DNA of 64,000 bases, from NCBI GenBank assembly GCA_963817895.1, contig CAWFQB010000004.1, positions 224,001-288,000 of the forward strand, written 5' to 3'. Origin of the DNA: an uncultured Chthonomonadaceae bacterium. Lineage in GTDB: Bacteria; Armatimonadota; Chthonomonadetes; Chthonomonadales; Chthonomonadaceae. Shown here one piece after another: positions 37,630-49,064 of the stretch. Position 1 is the stretch's first letter. Every line of letters begins with the position of its first letter. The notes below the pieces were generated by a model, which was not told the DNA's origin, made no database searches, and worked only from the letters and a program-made list of their open reading frames with translations. The position numbers were made by a program, and so were the translations under genes.

Positions 37630-39042
37630 ATGAAAGAGGATCGCGCTATGCAGGCGGAGATTGCCGCGCGGCAACGGGATAGTTTCAGCAGACGCGCCTT
37701 TCTGCGCGGGGCCGGGGTGTGCCTCGCCCTGCCTGCTCTGGAATCGCTGCTGCCGGGGAATGCGCTTGCCGCCCTCACGGACGCAGGCGCGAAAACCGGC
37801 GGGTTGGCGACAACGGCAACCGGCGCGCCCCTGCGTACCGCGTATATTTATTTCCCAAATGGCGCGATTCAGTCCAACTGGTGGCCAGGCGGAACCGGGG
37901 CCAACTTCAAACTGAACGCCACGCTTCAGCCCCTTGAATCCCTTCGCCAGCATATTCGCGTGTTGGGAGGACTGGATCACGCCTGCGCGGTGGGCGGAGC
38001 CGATGGCGGGGGCGACCATGCCCGCGCAAACGCCGTTTTCCTGTCCGGCGTCCGTCCGAAAAAAAGCGCGACCGACATTCACCTCGGCGTGTCCATTGAC
38101 CAGATAATGGCGCGTCAGGTGGGGCATCTGACCCGCTTGCCGTCGCTGGAATTGACGTGCGATGACACCCGCAAATCTTCTGCCTGCGACTCGGATTACG
38201 CCTGCGCCTACCAGTACAACATTTCGTGGAGTTCGCCCACCACGCCGGTTGCGGCAGAGGCCAATCCGCGCCTTGCTTTCGAGCGTTTGTTTGGGACGGG
38301 TGCGCCCGGTGAGCGCGCGGAGAACACCAAACGCCGCCAACTCGCGCAAAAATCCGTGCTTGATTTTGTGATGGACGATGCCCGCAGTATGCAGCAGCGG
38401 TTGGGCGGGAATGACAAAGCCAAACTGGAGCAGTACCTGACCGGAGTGCGGGAAATCGAGGCGCGTATCCAGAAGGCGGAACGCTTTGGAACCGCGCATG
38501 ACCCGGCAGTAGAAACCCCGTCAGGCATACCTTCAGATCAGGCGGAGTACGTCGGCATCATGTACGACCTGATGGTCATGGCCTTTCAGACTGATTCCAC
38601 CCGCGTCGCCTCCTTCTGTCTGGCGCACGACGGCGATAACCGCTCGTTCAGCCACATCGGAATTCCCGAAGGTCACCACGACCTGTCCCATCATCAAAAT
38701 GACCCGGATCGCGTGGCGAAAGTGGCAAAGATAGACCTCTGGTACGTGCAGCAGTTCGCCGCCTTTTTGACGAAACTGCGCGACACGAAAGATATAGATG
38801 GCAACTCCCTGCTTCACAATTCCATGATCGTGTACGGCAGCGGCGACGCGGACGGCAATAGCCACACCCACAGTAATCTGCCGATTGTGCTTGCGGGCAG
38901 TGGCGGCGGCACTCTGTCCCCCTCCGGTTACACAAGTTACAAATCTACGCCCGCCTGCAACCTGTACCTGAGTCTGTCCGACCGCATGGGCCTGAAAAAT
39001 CTGGAACGGTTCGGGGACTCTACAGGAAGAATCAGCATCTAA
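37630..39042 (+). CDS. DUF1552 (HXXSHH) Tat-exported protein
   Basis: SRRAFLRG twin-Arg signal; HHDLSHH; canonical partner of upstream gene. Confidence 0.9.
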   Translation: MKEDRAMQAEIAARQRDSFSRRAFLRGAGVCLALPALESLLPGNALAALTDAGAKTGGLATTATGAPLRTAYIYFPNGAIQSNWWPGGTGANFKLNATLQPLESLRQHIRVLGGLDHACAVGGADGGGDHARANAVFLSGVRPKKSATDIHLGVSIDQIMARQVGHLTRLPSLELTCDDTRKSSACDSDYACAYQYNISWSSPTTPVAAEANPRLAFERLFGTGAPGERAENTKRRQLAQKSVLDFVMDDARSMQQRLGGNDKAKLEQYLTGVREIEARIQKAERFGTAHDPAVETPSGIPSDQAEYVGIMYDLMVMAFQTDSTRVASFCLAHDGDNRSFSHIGIPEGHHDLSHHQNDPDRVAKVAKIDLWYVQQFAAFLTKLRDTKDIDGNSLLHNSMIVYGSGDADGNSHTHSNLPIVLAGSGGGTLSPSGYTSYKSTPACNLYLSLSDRMGLKNLERFGDSTGRISI

Positions 39043-39123
39043 ACCCAATACCGTTCAAATAAGAGTTCGTAGTGACACAACTTGTTGTGTCCTCCTCCAA
39101 TTTACGAGAAGGCGACAAAACCA

Positions 39124-40044
39124 ATGCGTATAAAACTTCTTATCGGTCTGGCCCTGCTTGCGCTTCCGCTTGCGCTCCCGATGCCGGGAACAGCGCAGGG
39201 AACTCCGCAGGCCGCAACTCAAAACGGTACTGCAAACGCGCATCCCGTCGTGTATCTGTGGCCCAACGGCGCGCCCGGTTTCGAGTCGCGCAAAGACATA
39301 CCCGAACAGGCGGCGAGTTACTGGGTGAAGGGCGTGAACAACCCGTCCCTTACCGTGTTTCTGCCTCCGAAAGAAAAGGCGACCGGGGCGGCGGTAATCC
39401 TGTGTCCCGGCGGCGGCTTTCGGGAACTCGGATTTATCCCCGAAGGGATTCAGGCGGCGGAGTATTTCAACAGCATCGGCGTGGCCGCCTTTGCCCTCAA
39501 ATACCGCCTGCCCCGCGAGCCGGGTTCCGTTTACAACATGACGCACCCCCGTCAGGACGGATTACGCGCTATGCGATTAGTGCGCAGTCGGGCGACGGAA
39601 TGGGGCATTGACCCGAACCGAATCGGCATGGTGGGCTTTTCGGCGGGCGGCGAAGTGGTTTCCATGACCGCGTTTAGCGACAATGCCGGAGATACGAGCG
39701 CCACCGATCCCATTGATAAACTCAGCGCGCGTCCTGATTTTATTGCGGAGATTTATCCGGGCGGCGCGGGAATTCCCCAATCCCTGCCTCCTAACGCGCC
39801 GACAGCGTTCCTGCTTGTAGCGAACGATGACGACCACACGGATTCTGTGTTAAAAATTTTTCGCCTGTACCGGGAAGCCAAACTTCCCGTCGAGGTTCAT
39901 GTTTTCACCAAAGGCCAGCACGCTTTCAACATGGGCAGCCGCTCGAAACTGAAAACGATCAAAAACTGGCCGCAGCGACTGGCGGATTGGATGGGCGACA
40001 ACAACCTGCTCGACCCCGCCGTACCCGCCAAAAATGCCAGATAA
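39124..40044 (+). CDS. Secreted alpha/beta hydrolase (esterase)
   Basis: PGGGF, GFSAGG nucleophile elbow. Confidence 0.85.
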   Translation: MRIKLLIGLALLALPLALPMPGTAQGTPQAATQNGTANAHPVVYLWPNGAPGFESRKDIPEQAASYWVKGVNNPSLTVFLPPKEKATGAAVILCPGGGFRELGFIPEGIQAAEYFNSIGVAAFALKYRLPREPGSVYNMTHPRQDGLRAMRLVRSRATEWGIDPNRIGMVGFSAGGEVVSMTAFSDNAGDTSATDPIDKLSARPDFIAEIYPGGAGIPQSLPPNAPTAFLLVANDDDHTDSVLKIFRLYREAKLPVEVHVFTKGQHAFNMGSRSKLKTIKNWPQRLADWMGDNNLLDPAVPAKNAR

Positions 40045-40074
40045 TCGGCATCATGCGCAAAACAGGGATATGGT

Positions 40075-40356
40075 ATGTTCGTTTACACGCAGGAAAACAT
40101 TCAAACGCGTTCGCAACTCAAGCAGATCGTCAACCTTGCGCAGTGCAGCCATATCACTATTTTGCTGTCGGACAAGCACTACATCATTGCGCATTTCGGC
40201 AAGGAAGAGCGTGTGCCGCTGGCAAAAGCCGATACCTTGCCGGAAGCGGAAGGGTTGCTGCGCCTGATCTTGCAGTCTATCGCCAATCAAGTTCCTACGC
40301 TGGACTTGACTGAACCCAACGTCGAAGGGATGCGTCGCTCACTGTCGCCGCGATAG
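40075..40356 (+). CDS. Hypothetical protein
   Basis: ORF fills the gap in a co-oriented run. Confidence 0.5.
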   Translation: MFVYTQENIQTRSQLKQIVNLAQCSHITILLSDKHYIIAHFGKEERVPLAKADTLPEAEGLLRLILQSIANQVPTLDLTEPNVEGMRRSLSPR

Positions 40357-40396
40357 TCTCTACAATTCCAAATACCAAACGGGGAGAGTACAAATA

Positions 40397-41725
40397 ATGA
40401 AGTTTAACTCTATCGTGTGTGCCGGTCTACTCGCGGCAAGTTTGTCCGCTGTTGCGCCAATCGCGGCGCGGGCGGCGGAACCACGCGCCGCCCATGCGCC
40501 GCGCAAAGCCGCAACGTTCTTCCTCAAAGACAATGACCGCGTGGTGTTCTATGGCGACAGCATCACGGATCAGCGCCAGTACACCACGTATATCGAAAGC
40601 TACTGCGTCACCCGTTTTCCGAAAAAGAATCTTACGTTTGTTCATTCGGGATGGGGCGGGGATCGGGTCACGGGTGGCGGCGGCGGTCCGATTGATCTGC
40701 GCCTGCAACGCGACGTGCTGCCGTACAAGCCCACTGTGGTAACGATCTGTCTGGGCATGAACGACGGAAGTTACAAGGCTTTCGACCAGAACATTTTCAA
40801 CACCTACGTCAGCGGCTATCGCCATATCATCGAAACGCTGCAAAAGGAGTTGCCGGGTGTCCGCCTGACCCTGATTACCGCGTCCGCGTATGATGATGTG
40901 ACCAAAACGCCCGGATTTGCGGGGGGCTACAACAGCACGCTTGTGGCGTATGGCGAGGCTGTCCGAGAACTGGGACATGAGTACAACATTCCCGTCGCCG
41001 ATACCAACGCGCCCCTTGTCGCCGCCCTGAGCCGCGCCAATACGGTCAATCCGGCTGTGGCTTCCAAAATTATGCCGGATCGCGTTCATCCGCAGCATGG
41101 CGGGCATCTGATTATGGCGGCTGCCGTGCTGAAAGCCTGGAACGCGCCCGCCACTGTCGCCGACATTGAAATCAACGCGCAAAACGGGCAGGTGACGCGG
41201 GCGGAAAATACCAAAGTTTCCAGTGTATCCACGAGTGGCGACACGCTTGCCTTTACGGAACAGGACATCGCGCTTCCCTGGCCGCTCGACCGCGACCCGG
41301 AACGCGATCAGGATACGCAGTTGTCGCTTGGCGTGACGGAAATCGAGCAGGATTTAAACCGCTACATGCTGAAAGTAACGGGGCTGAAATCCGCCCGCTA
41401 TCAGATGTCAGTTGACGGCAAGGCTCTCGGAACCTTCGCGAGCGGCGACCTTGCCAACGGTATTGACCTTGCCGCCATCACCGCCCTTCCCTCCAACGAG
41501 CAGGCGCGATTGGTGCTGGGCGTAACACGCAAGCACAACGACCTGCATTTCCGCAAGTGGCGCGAAATCCAGTTGGGCAACAAGCGCAAGGGCATTGACG
41601 ATGTTCCCGCCGACGCGCGGACGCAAATGGACGCTCTGGACGCGCAGGAAGTGGATGCCGTCAAGGAGCAACGCGCCCTGGCGCAGCCCCGCCCGCACCG
41701 CGTCGAGTTGAAGCCGGAAGCGTAG
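40397..41725 (+). CDS. SGNH/GDSL hydrolase
   Basis: GDSIT, GMND, DRVHP motifs; signal peptide. Confidence 0.9.
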   Translation: MKFNSIVCAGLLAASLSAVAPIAARAAEPRAAHAPRKAATFFLKDNDRVVFYGDSITDQRQYTTYIESYCVTRFPKKNLTFVHSGWGGDRVTGGGGGPIDLRLQRDVLPYKPTVVTICLGMNDGSYKAFDQNIFNTYVSGYRHIIETLQKELPGVRLTLITASAYDDVTKTPGFAGGYNSTLVAYGEAVRELGHEYNIPVADTNAPLVAALSRANTVNPAVASKIMPDRVHPQHGGHLIMAAAVLKAWNAPATVADIEINAQNGQVTRAENTKVSSVSTSGDTLAFTEQDIALPWPLDRDPERDQDTQLSLGVTEIEQDLNRYMLKVTGLKSARYQMSVDGKALGTFASGDLANGIDLAAITALPSNEQARLVLGVTRKHNDLHFRKWREIQLGNKRKGIDDVPADARTQMDALDAQEVDAVKEQRALAQPRPHRVELKPEA

Positions 41726-41747
41726 GACAAAGGATGAAGGATGAAGG

Positions 41748-43169
41748 ATGAAGGATGAAGACTGCTTGTTTCCCCACGTCGTAAATGATGCAGAACATGA
41801 TCCAGCAGACGTTGGCGATGCAGACGATTTTTCATCCTTCATCCTTCATCCTTCATCCTTTGCCGACATCCCTCATCCCTCATCCCTTGCCGAACTGGAC
41901 ACGGTTCTGCGCGTGATGTGCGCGGCGTTTGAGTTGCCGTATGAGGTGGCGCGTCCTATTTTCTATGCAGACCCGTATTTCGATGCGGCGAACAAGCGGG
42001 TGTGGCGCGTGAACGGGGAAATCGTGTCGTGCCTGACGCTGACTTCGGCGCAGTGCCGGGTTGGAAAAGCCGTGCTGTCTGTTGCGGGCATTGCGGGCGT
42101 GGCGACGCTGCCGGAACATCAGCGCAGGGGCTACGCCAGCCGGTTGATTATGGACGCCCTGCAAACCCTGCGAAAGCGCGGGCATGGCCTTGCCGGATTA
42201 TTCCCCTACGATTACGGCTATTATCGCCGCCTGGGATGGGAAACCGCCAGTACAGGCTGCAAGTATTCCATTGCGCCAATGTTGTTGCCCGCTTATTCCG
42301 AAACTGCGGCGGGTGACGGTGATTTGCGAAATGCGATGCTGCATCATATGGATGGAATGGCGAATGTGTACCGGCAGTGCGCGGACGGGCAGGCGCTATG
42401 GGCCGAACGGGACCGGAAACGCTGGCAGTACGTGATGGACAGAGTGGCGCATAAATACGTGGCTGTCAATTCCAATGAAACCGTCGAGGGGTATCTGCTG
42501 TATGATATACAGTCGGGCATTGTGCAAATCGGCGCGGCGCAACGGGAACAGCCGCCCGTTCTGCGTATACTGGAACTGTGCGCGGTCACAGGACAGGCAA
42601 AGCGCGGACTGATCGCGCATCTTTCCGCGCAACGACAGGTTGGCAGAATCGAGTACGTCACCACAGCGCGGCATCTGGAATTTACAGGCTTATTGCCCGG
42701 TCTGTGTCCCGTCCAAACGGAAGAACCCTTCGCGCGCATTGAACTTGCGCCTGACCTGATGCTTCGCATAGTGGATTTTCCGCGCCTGCTGCAAGTTTTG
42801 CGCGTGAATTGGGAGGACTTTGCGGGTGAAATCGTATTAAAACTGCGTGATGAGGTTTGTGAGCAATTTTCGGCAAGCGTCCGTGTTATCGGCAACGGTT
42901 CGGGTCTGCCGCAAGTTCTGGCAGTATCGGAATGGCCGACTGCGCATGACCAGAACGGGCGTAATTCGACGGGGATGGACTTGCCCCCGGAGTTAAACCG
43001 CGTAGAGGGGGATGTGCGCGCCTGGTCGCAGGTCGTTGTCGGACATTGTAGCGGCGAGGATGCCTGCGCGTATGGACGGCTGCATGCCTCCACGCCTGCC
43101 GCCGCGCATCTGATGGGACTGCTATTCCCCACCCGCGCGCCGTTTCTGCCCGCCCCGGACCATTTTTAG
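41748..43169 (+). CDS. Eis-like GNAT acetyltransferase (start uncertain)
   Basis: GIAGVATLPEHQRRGYAS, YYRRLGWE, C-terminal 'PFLPAPDHF'. Confidence 0.82.
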   Translation: MKDEDCLFPHVVNDAEHDPADVGDADDFSSFILHPSSFADIPHPSSLAELDTVLRVMCAAFELPYEVARPIFYADPYFDAANKRVWRVNGEIVSCLTLTSAQCRVGKAVLSVAGIAGVATLPEHQRRGYASRLIMDALQTLRKRGHGLAGLFPYDYGYYRRLGWETASTGCKYSIAPMLLPAYSETAAGDGDLRNAMLHHMDGMANVYRQCADGQALWAERDRKRWQYVMDRVAHKYVAVNSNETVEGYLLYDIQSGIVQIGAAQREQPPVLRILELCAVTGQAKRGLIAHLSAQRQVGRIEYVTTARHLEFTGLLPGLCPVQTEEPFARIELAPDLMLRIVDFPRLLQVLRVNWEDFAGEIVLKLRDEVCEQFSASVRVIGNGSGLPQVLAVSEWPTAHDQNGRNSTGMDLPPELNRVEGDVRAWSQVVVGHCSGEDACAYGRLHASTPAAAHLMGLLFPTRAPFLPAPDHF

Positions 43170-43251
43170 CGTTTGCCCGCCTGTCGGATAACCCGAAAGC
43201 GTTGCCCGCGTCTGTATTAGATGAAGTCGTTTTGGAAAGGAAACTTGAAAT

Positions 43252-45137
43252 ATGATTCGTGCCGCCTGTCTTCGCGCTTACGCGCTGCTTCTCCTGGCCG
43301 CTGCGAGCAGCGGGGGAACACGCGCGCAAGCGGAACAGCCGGAACCTGCTCACCAGAATAAGCAGGCCGATATGCAAATCGCTTCCGCGCCGCGTTCGCC
43401 ACAGACTGCTTCCGCGCCCGTTCCACAGTCGCCTGCCCCTCCCGTTGCTCCACAGGGAGGCGGTACCGGCGGGGCGCAATTGCCCAATGCCAACGCGCCC
43501 CTGCCAAACGCAGCCACTCTACAAACGCCCGCGCAACTGCAATACAACATTCCGCGTAACCCGCTTACCGGCGGTTTGGTTGACCTGAGTTTGAACAAGC
43601 CGCTTTCGCTGGATCGCGCTATTCGCATCGGCCTGCTGCGGCAAAACTCAATCGCCATTGCGCAAACGCAGATTGACGTGGCGCGTAACCGGCTGGTGCA
43701 GGCGCGTTCCAGTTACTTCCCGCAGGTGACGCCAACTTTTCAGTATCAATCTAACCTTTCCCCCGGCCAGCGAACCATTTTTACCACTCCCATTACGACG
43801 GGCGGCACAACGGGAACCACGACCGGCGGAATTACGCAGTCCGTCACAGGCCGACAAACCACCGGTGGCACCGGCACGGGAAGCGGCAGCAATCCGGGAA
43901 CCGGAAGCAGTACGGGCAGCGGCACGGGGACAGGAACGGGAACGGGGACAGGAACCGGGACAGGAAGTACGGGTACAGGAACCGGTACGGGAACAGGAAC
44001 CGGCACTGGCACAGGAGGGACAGGGACGGGAACCGGGCAAACCACTGTCTTCGGCTCCTTTGCTTCCGATTCGCGCACCGAACTGCTGACAGCCTCGCAA
44101 ACTCTTTACGACTCGGGCAAGCGCGAGGCCAATGTCGGGGCGGCGCGGCGCAATGTGTTTGCGGCTGAATTCGGCGTCGGCAATGACGCGTCAAGCCGTC
44201 GTGCTGAACGTCACGGAAAGCTACTATAATCTGCTTCGGTTTCGGGAACTGGTGCGCGTTCAGGAAGAGAGCGTTCGGCGCGCGCAGACGACATTGGAAG
44301 CGATTCAGGCGCAGGTACAGGCGGGAACAGCGGCGCAAAGCGACACATTGCAAGCGCAGTCCGACCTCGCCAACGCCCGCATCAATCAGCTTTCGGCGCA
44401 AAACGATGTGCGCAATGGGGAAGCAACCCTGAAAAACGCGATGGGCGTGATTACTTCGCAGCCTCTGGTACTGGCGGATGAGATCATACCGACGCCTGAC
44501 CCTACTCCCGACCCGACGACCGATAGACGCTTATACGCAGCTTGCGTTTGCCAACCGCTTTGATTTGCGGCAGCAGCAGGAGAACATCTACGCGCAGGGC
44601 TACAATGTCCGCATCGCCCGCATCAACAACGGCGTACAGGTGAATGCCAGCGTGAATGAGGGCTACCAACTGAACCCAGATCAGGGGGAAGTGCGTTCGT
44701 TTGTGGTCGCGCTCTCGTATCCTCTGTTCGACGCCGGGAATACGCGGGCGGCAGTGCGGGAAACGCAGGCGCAGTTGGAATCGCAGCGCCGCAGCCTCGA
44801 CCAGTTACAGCAGAACGTGCGCCTTGATCTGGAACAGGCGCTGAATACGCGCGAGTTGGCGCGTTTGCGGGTGGGCGCGGCAGATCTGGCGGTGCAGGCG
44901 GGGCAGGTGAACTACAACGCCGCGCTGGAAAAACAGCGCAACGGACTGGTCAACATTCTGGACGTTATCAACGCCGAAGTGCAGCTTGTCAATGCGCAGG
45001 TTTCGCAGGTGCAGGCGATTTATGACTTTTATGTCGCCGACGCCCGCCTGCGTCGCGATACTGGACAGAACGACCCGGACTTCATTCCCAACGTCCCCGG
45101 CAGCAAAGCTCCCCGCCGCGAATTTACCCGGAAGTAG
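43252..45137 (+). CDS. TolC-family outer membrane protein with Thr/Gly low-complexity insert (frameshifts ~44190, ~44520)
   Basis: OEP repeats ([35 protein letters not shown]) spread over three ORFs. Confidence 0.8.
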
Positions 45138-45349
45138 CAACAATAGCCCTCAACCCCCGGCCCCTTCTCCCAAAAAAGCCTGGGAGAAGGGGAGTTATAA
45201 ATAGCCCCTCTCCTGGCGAGGAACGAGCGGTCAGGAGAGGGTGTCCACAAGTGGACGCCCGGGGTGAGGTGATTGTGAAAGACGGTTCTAACTGGCCGGA
45301 GGAACCCCGGCGTTTAGCATAAGCGCGACGCGCAAAGGAGATTCAGCAG

Positions 45350-46156
45350 ATGCAGCGAACAACGCGGAAACACATTCAGACAGCGCATGTTACTGGCAGT
45401 TGTGGCGGCGATAGGGGCCGCATGGCGCACAGGCGCAGCCCCCGCCTCCCCCTGCGGGCGGACAGGGCGCTCCCGGCGGTATGCGTCCCGGTGGCCCCGG
45501 TGGCCCCGGCGGTCGCGGCATGGGACGGGGCTGGCCCTTTCGCGCAAATGGGGGGAAGAGCATAAAAACGTAATGGCGGTCAGCCGCAAACTGCGCCGTA
45601 TCGGGGAGATGAACAAAACCCCGGATATGAAGCTGAACAAACAGCAGTCCGCAAAATTGCTGGCAATCATCAATACCTGGAAAAGCAAGCCCTCCATGTC
45701 TGAAGATCAGGCCAAAAGCGTGGATGGCCAGATCACGGCGTTGTTGAATGACAAGCAGCGCAAGGAACTGGAGGCTCGCAGGCCGGGTGGCTTCGGCGGC
45801 GGGGGCGGCGGTATGCGTCCGGGCGGTGGCGGAATGCAGGGTGGCGGGCAAGGGTGTTGCCGGTGGTCCAGGCGGTATGCGTCCGGGTGGTCCGGGCGGC
45901 GCGGGAGCAAAGGGCGGACCGGGAGCGCCTGGTGGTCCCGGTGGCCCCGGCGGTATGCGTCCGGGCGGGCCGGGTGGGTCTCGGCGGCGGTGGTATGCGC
46001 CCCGGTGGTGGTCCCGGCGGTCCCGGCGGTGCGGGCTTCACCCTGCCGAAAACGATCAACCCCCTGAACCCGGCAACCATGCCTGCCATGATGCAGGAGC
46101 GAGCCAAAAAAAGCATGGAGGAGTTTACCGCTGATCTGCAAAAACAGGCGAAGTAG
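45350..46156 (+). CDS. Secreted Gly/Pro-rich protein (GGMRPGG repeats), several frameshifts
   Basis: Signal-like N-terminus, helical core 'LNKQQSAKLLAII...LNDKQRKEL', repeated GGPGGMRP in different frames. Confidence 0.6.
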
Positions 46157-46281
46157 GTGATTGGTGGTTGATGGTTAGTGTCTGGTTATACTAACGGCGT
46201 GTGAAAAGTTCATGTTGTAGGGGCTTAATTCATTAAGCCCGCTTGTCACAGTCACCAACCACCAACCACCGGAGTTTCAAC

Positions 46282-47046
46282 ATGCCGGACACCATTATCG
46301 AAGTTGTCAACGCTTCCAAAGTCTACAAGATGGGCAAAATGGAGGTGCGGGCGTTGCGGGGCGTGTCCGTTTCCATTGCGCGCGGCGAGTTTGTGGCGAT
46401 CATGGGGCCGTCCGGGTCGGGCAAATCCACGTTTATGAATATGATCGGCTGTCTGGACAAGCCCACGCAAGGCTCGTACAAACTGGACGGCATCGAAGTC
46501 GCCGAACTCAACGACAATCAGCTTGCCGAAATCCGTAACCGCAAAATCGGGTTTGTTTTCCAGACGTTCAACCTGTTGCCGCGCACGACCGCGCTGCGAA
46601 ACGTGGAACTGCCCATGCTGTACAGCAACGCCCGCAACCGTGTACAGGTGGCAAAGCAGGCATTGGCAATCGTCGGACTGGAAGACCGGATGGATCACAA
46701 GCCCAACGAACTCTCCGGCGGACAGCAGCAGCGCGTTGCCATTGCCCGCGCCCTTGTCAACGATCCGCCCATCATTTTCGGGGACGAACCAACCGGAAAT
46801 CTGGACACGCGCACCAGTGAAGAGATCATGGCGATTTTCCAGCGGCTGCATGGCGAAGGTAAAACCGTCGTTATCGTCACTCACGAGCAGGACATTGCCG
46901 AACACGCCGAGCGCATCATCCGCTTCAAGGACGGCAAAGTAATCGCGGATGAGCGCGTCACAACGCGCTACAACGCCGCCGAGGAGATCATAAAACTGGA
47001 CGCGCAGCGGGAGGAGCAGGAAGAGGTGTCAGGTGTCAGGTTTTAG
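46282..47046 (+). CDS. MacB/LolD-type ABC transporter ATP-binding protein
   Basis: [32 protein letters not shown]. Confidence 0.95.
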   Translation: MPDTIIEVVNASKVYKMGKMEVRALRGVSVSIARGEFVAIMGPSGSGKSTFMNMIGCLDKPTQGSYKLDGIEVAELNDNQLAEIRNRKIGFVFQTFNLLPRTTALRNVELPMLYSNARNRVQVAKQALAIVGLEDRMDHKPNELSGGQQQRVAIARALVNDPPIIFGDEPTGNLDTRTSEEIMAIFQRLHGEGKTVVIVTHEQDIAEHAERIIRFKDGKVIADERVTTRYNAAEEIIKLDAQREEQEEVSGVRF

Positions 47047-47147
47047 GTGTCAGGGCCAGACCTTCTACTCGTTTCTTACTCTTCAAAATACACGCTGAAG
47101 CAACGATGCATTACCCTGACACCTGACACCTAAAACCTGACACCTTT

Positions 47148-47390
47148 TTAAATGCTTTCCGCCGTATTGACATCGAAGTGGTCGGTATGTTCTTTGGGGT
47201 CGAAAGTGGCGCAGTGGGCCATGCCGTTGACAAGCGCGACTTCGATGGAACCGGCGTAACAGCGACGCATTTTGTTAAAGCGGCAGACGGTGACGCCGCA
47301 CTCGCCCACATAAGAATCCGATTCCTGTTCCGTCTGATCGGTCTGTAGCGGTTCGTCGCCCGGTATGGCGGTTAAATCTGTATTTGACAT
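47148..47390 (-). CDS. DUF1540-like small Cys protein
   Basis: CGVTVCRFN..C.AGSIEV....AHCATF; GGAGG SD. Confidence 0.7.
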   Translation of the reverse strand: MSNTDLTAIPGDEPLQTDQTEQESDSYVGECGVTVCRFNKMRRCYAGSIEVALVNGMAHCATFDPKEHTDHFDVNTAESI

Positions 47391-47514
47391 GCGAGTGGCC
47401 TCCGAAATGAATGGTTCTGTTCAGACAAAACACGCCGGAGGATTGTTCCGAGACATTGCGCCGAAGGGCAGGCAATAAAGAGTGTGGTGATAGAAGCGTA
47501 AAGAGAGGCAGGGG

Positions 47515-47727
47515 ATGCAGATGAATTGGGCAATGCGGTTGGGAAATCTTGCTCTGCGCCTGTCGGTAACGGCAGGATGCGCCGCGCTGCTGGTTGCCCT
47601 GCCCGACCCTGCGCCGGACGAAACCCTGCGCCTCAAAAACGCGATTGTGGTGCTTGTTGCTATCGTGGTGGCCGGCAAGCAGTTGTGCGATACGCTGTTT
47701 TATGACCGCTATTACGGCAGACTATAA
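47515..47727 (+). CDS. Small two-TM hypothetical protein
   Basis: Two hydrophobic helices; 'DTLFYDR' tail. Confidence 0.55.
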   Translation: MQMNWAMRLGNLALRLSVTAGCAALLVALPDPAPDETLRLKNAIVVLVAIVVAGKQLCDTLFYDRYYGRL

Positions 47728-47731
47728 AGCG

Positions 47732-48214
47732 TCAGGCAAGCGCGGCAAGCAGTTTTGGCGGCAGAAGCCATTGCAGAACGCCCCGTCCCGGTTCCGCGCG
47801 ATCCGCTTCCACATACGCGAGGCAGGCCGTTTTCATTTCGCACACGCCCCCGGTAAGCCGCTCGACAACCTCGCTCAAATCCGGCTCGTGGCCCACAAAC
47901 AGCAGGGAAGCGTTTGCCCCATGTCCCGCCGTCAGGGTTTGCAGGTCGCCCATACCGAAATGCCCCGACGCCAGTTCCTCTGTTGCTTTCAAACGCGCCG
48001 ACAATCCCAATCCTTCCGCGACAATGGCAGCCGTTTCCGCCGCGCGAGGGTAGGGGCTTGTATAAATAGCGGTGAACGATACATTGAGGGCTTGAAGTTT
48101 CGCGGCAAGCGCGGCTGCATCCTCCACGCCTCGCTGCGTCAGACGCCGTTCTCGGTCGGATTTACTGACGGTATACTCTTCTGCCTTGCCGTGCCGCAGG
48201 AAATAAAGATGCAT
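47732..48214 (-). CDS. sixA: Phosphohistidine phosphatase SixA
   Basis: LYFLRHGKA, TSPYPRAAETA, VGHEPDL. Confidence 0.88.
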   Translation of the reverse strand: MHLYFLRHGKAEEYTVSKSDRERRLTQRGVEDAAALAAKLQALNVSFTAIYTSPYPRAAETAAIVAEGLGLSARLKATEELASGHFGMGDLQTLTAGHGANASLLFVGHEPDLSEVVERLTGGVCEMKTACLAYVEADRAEPGRGVLQWLLPPKLLAALA

Positions 48215-48486
48215 AACTCTGCCCTTCATAAATTTAGCCGCAAATAAACGCGAATGGACGCAAATTTGAAACCCGCATTCCAATTACATTAAAAGTTCGT
48301 ATGCGGTGGAGGGGCAAACCCCTGTGTTTGCCCCTCCTGTGTTTGCCCGAACCCCCATAAGCACAAAGAGCGATGCATCGGCGCATCGCTCTTTGAAGTA
48401 ACGGTTCAGACATAAACACATGGGAACAAGCAATACAGCCTCTTGTTCGTCACGCTTGCGGATTGTTATTGTTGAAGGAAACGGCT

Positions 48487-48807
48487 CTACTCTTCGATAA
48501 GCGGGTTCGGGATCGCGTTGAGATTTTCGAGGGCATGATGAAAATCGCGCATTTCGTCGAGGGTAATGCCCCCCAACTGGGCAAAGCGGGACTTTTCGCC
48601 TTCCACCACGTCACTGGTGTTTTCCCGCAACATACCGTCTTCCCACTCCTCCTGCTTGACAAAGTGTTCGCCCAATTTCTTACAGCGTGAGCAGCGATAC
48701 TTGACATAAACGTAACTCGGGCCGGCCTGCCGGACATACATCCCCTGCTGCATCACATCGCGACGCAATATGCGCTGACCACAATGGCACTTAAGGCTGG
48801 TCTTCAT
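48487..48807 (-). CDS. Zinc-ribbon hypothetical protein
   Basis: CHCGQ...CSRC; GGAGGTG SD. Confidence 0.7.
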   Translation of the reverse strand: MKTSLKCHCGQRILRRDVMQQGMYVRQAGPSYVYVKYRCSRCKKLGEHFVKQEEWEDGMLRENTSDVVEGEKSRFAQLGGITLDEMRDFHHALENLNAIPNPLIEE

Positions 48808-49064
48808 GCCGTCTCACCTCCGTACCGCTGCACGTAACTCCGGTACTCGAAAGCTCGTGCTGCGCGGTCGCGCCACGCAACGTTATGGGCGTATTTTAAC
48901 TTCAAGCGGGCAGCGCTATGGTACTGTCCACTGCTTTATTATACCATAAGTAGGGGGTAGGGAGTAGAGAGTGGGCCGGTAGAAAACTTTACATGCCATA
49001 ATTTTACGTAAAGTATGTCTAAAGTTGCACAACCATCTACTGCCTACTCTTTACTCCCTACTCC

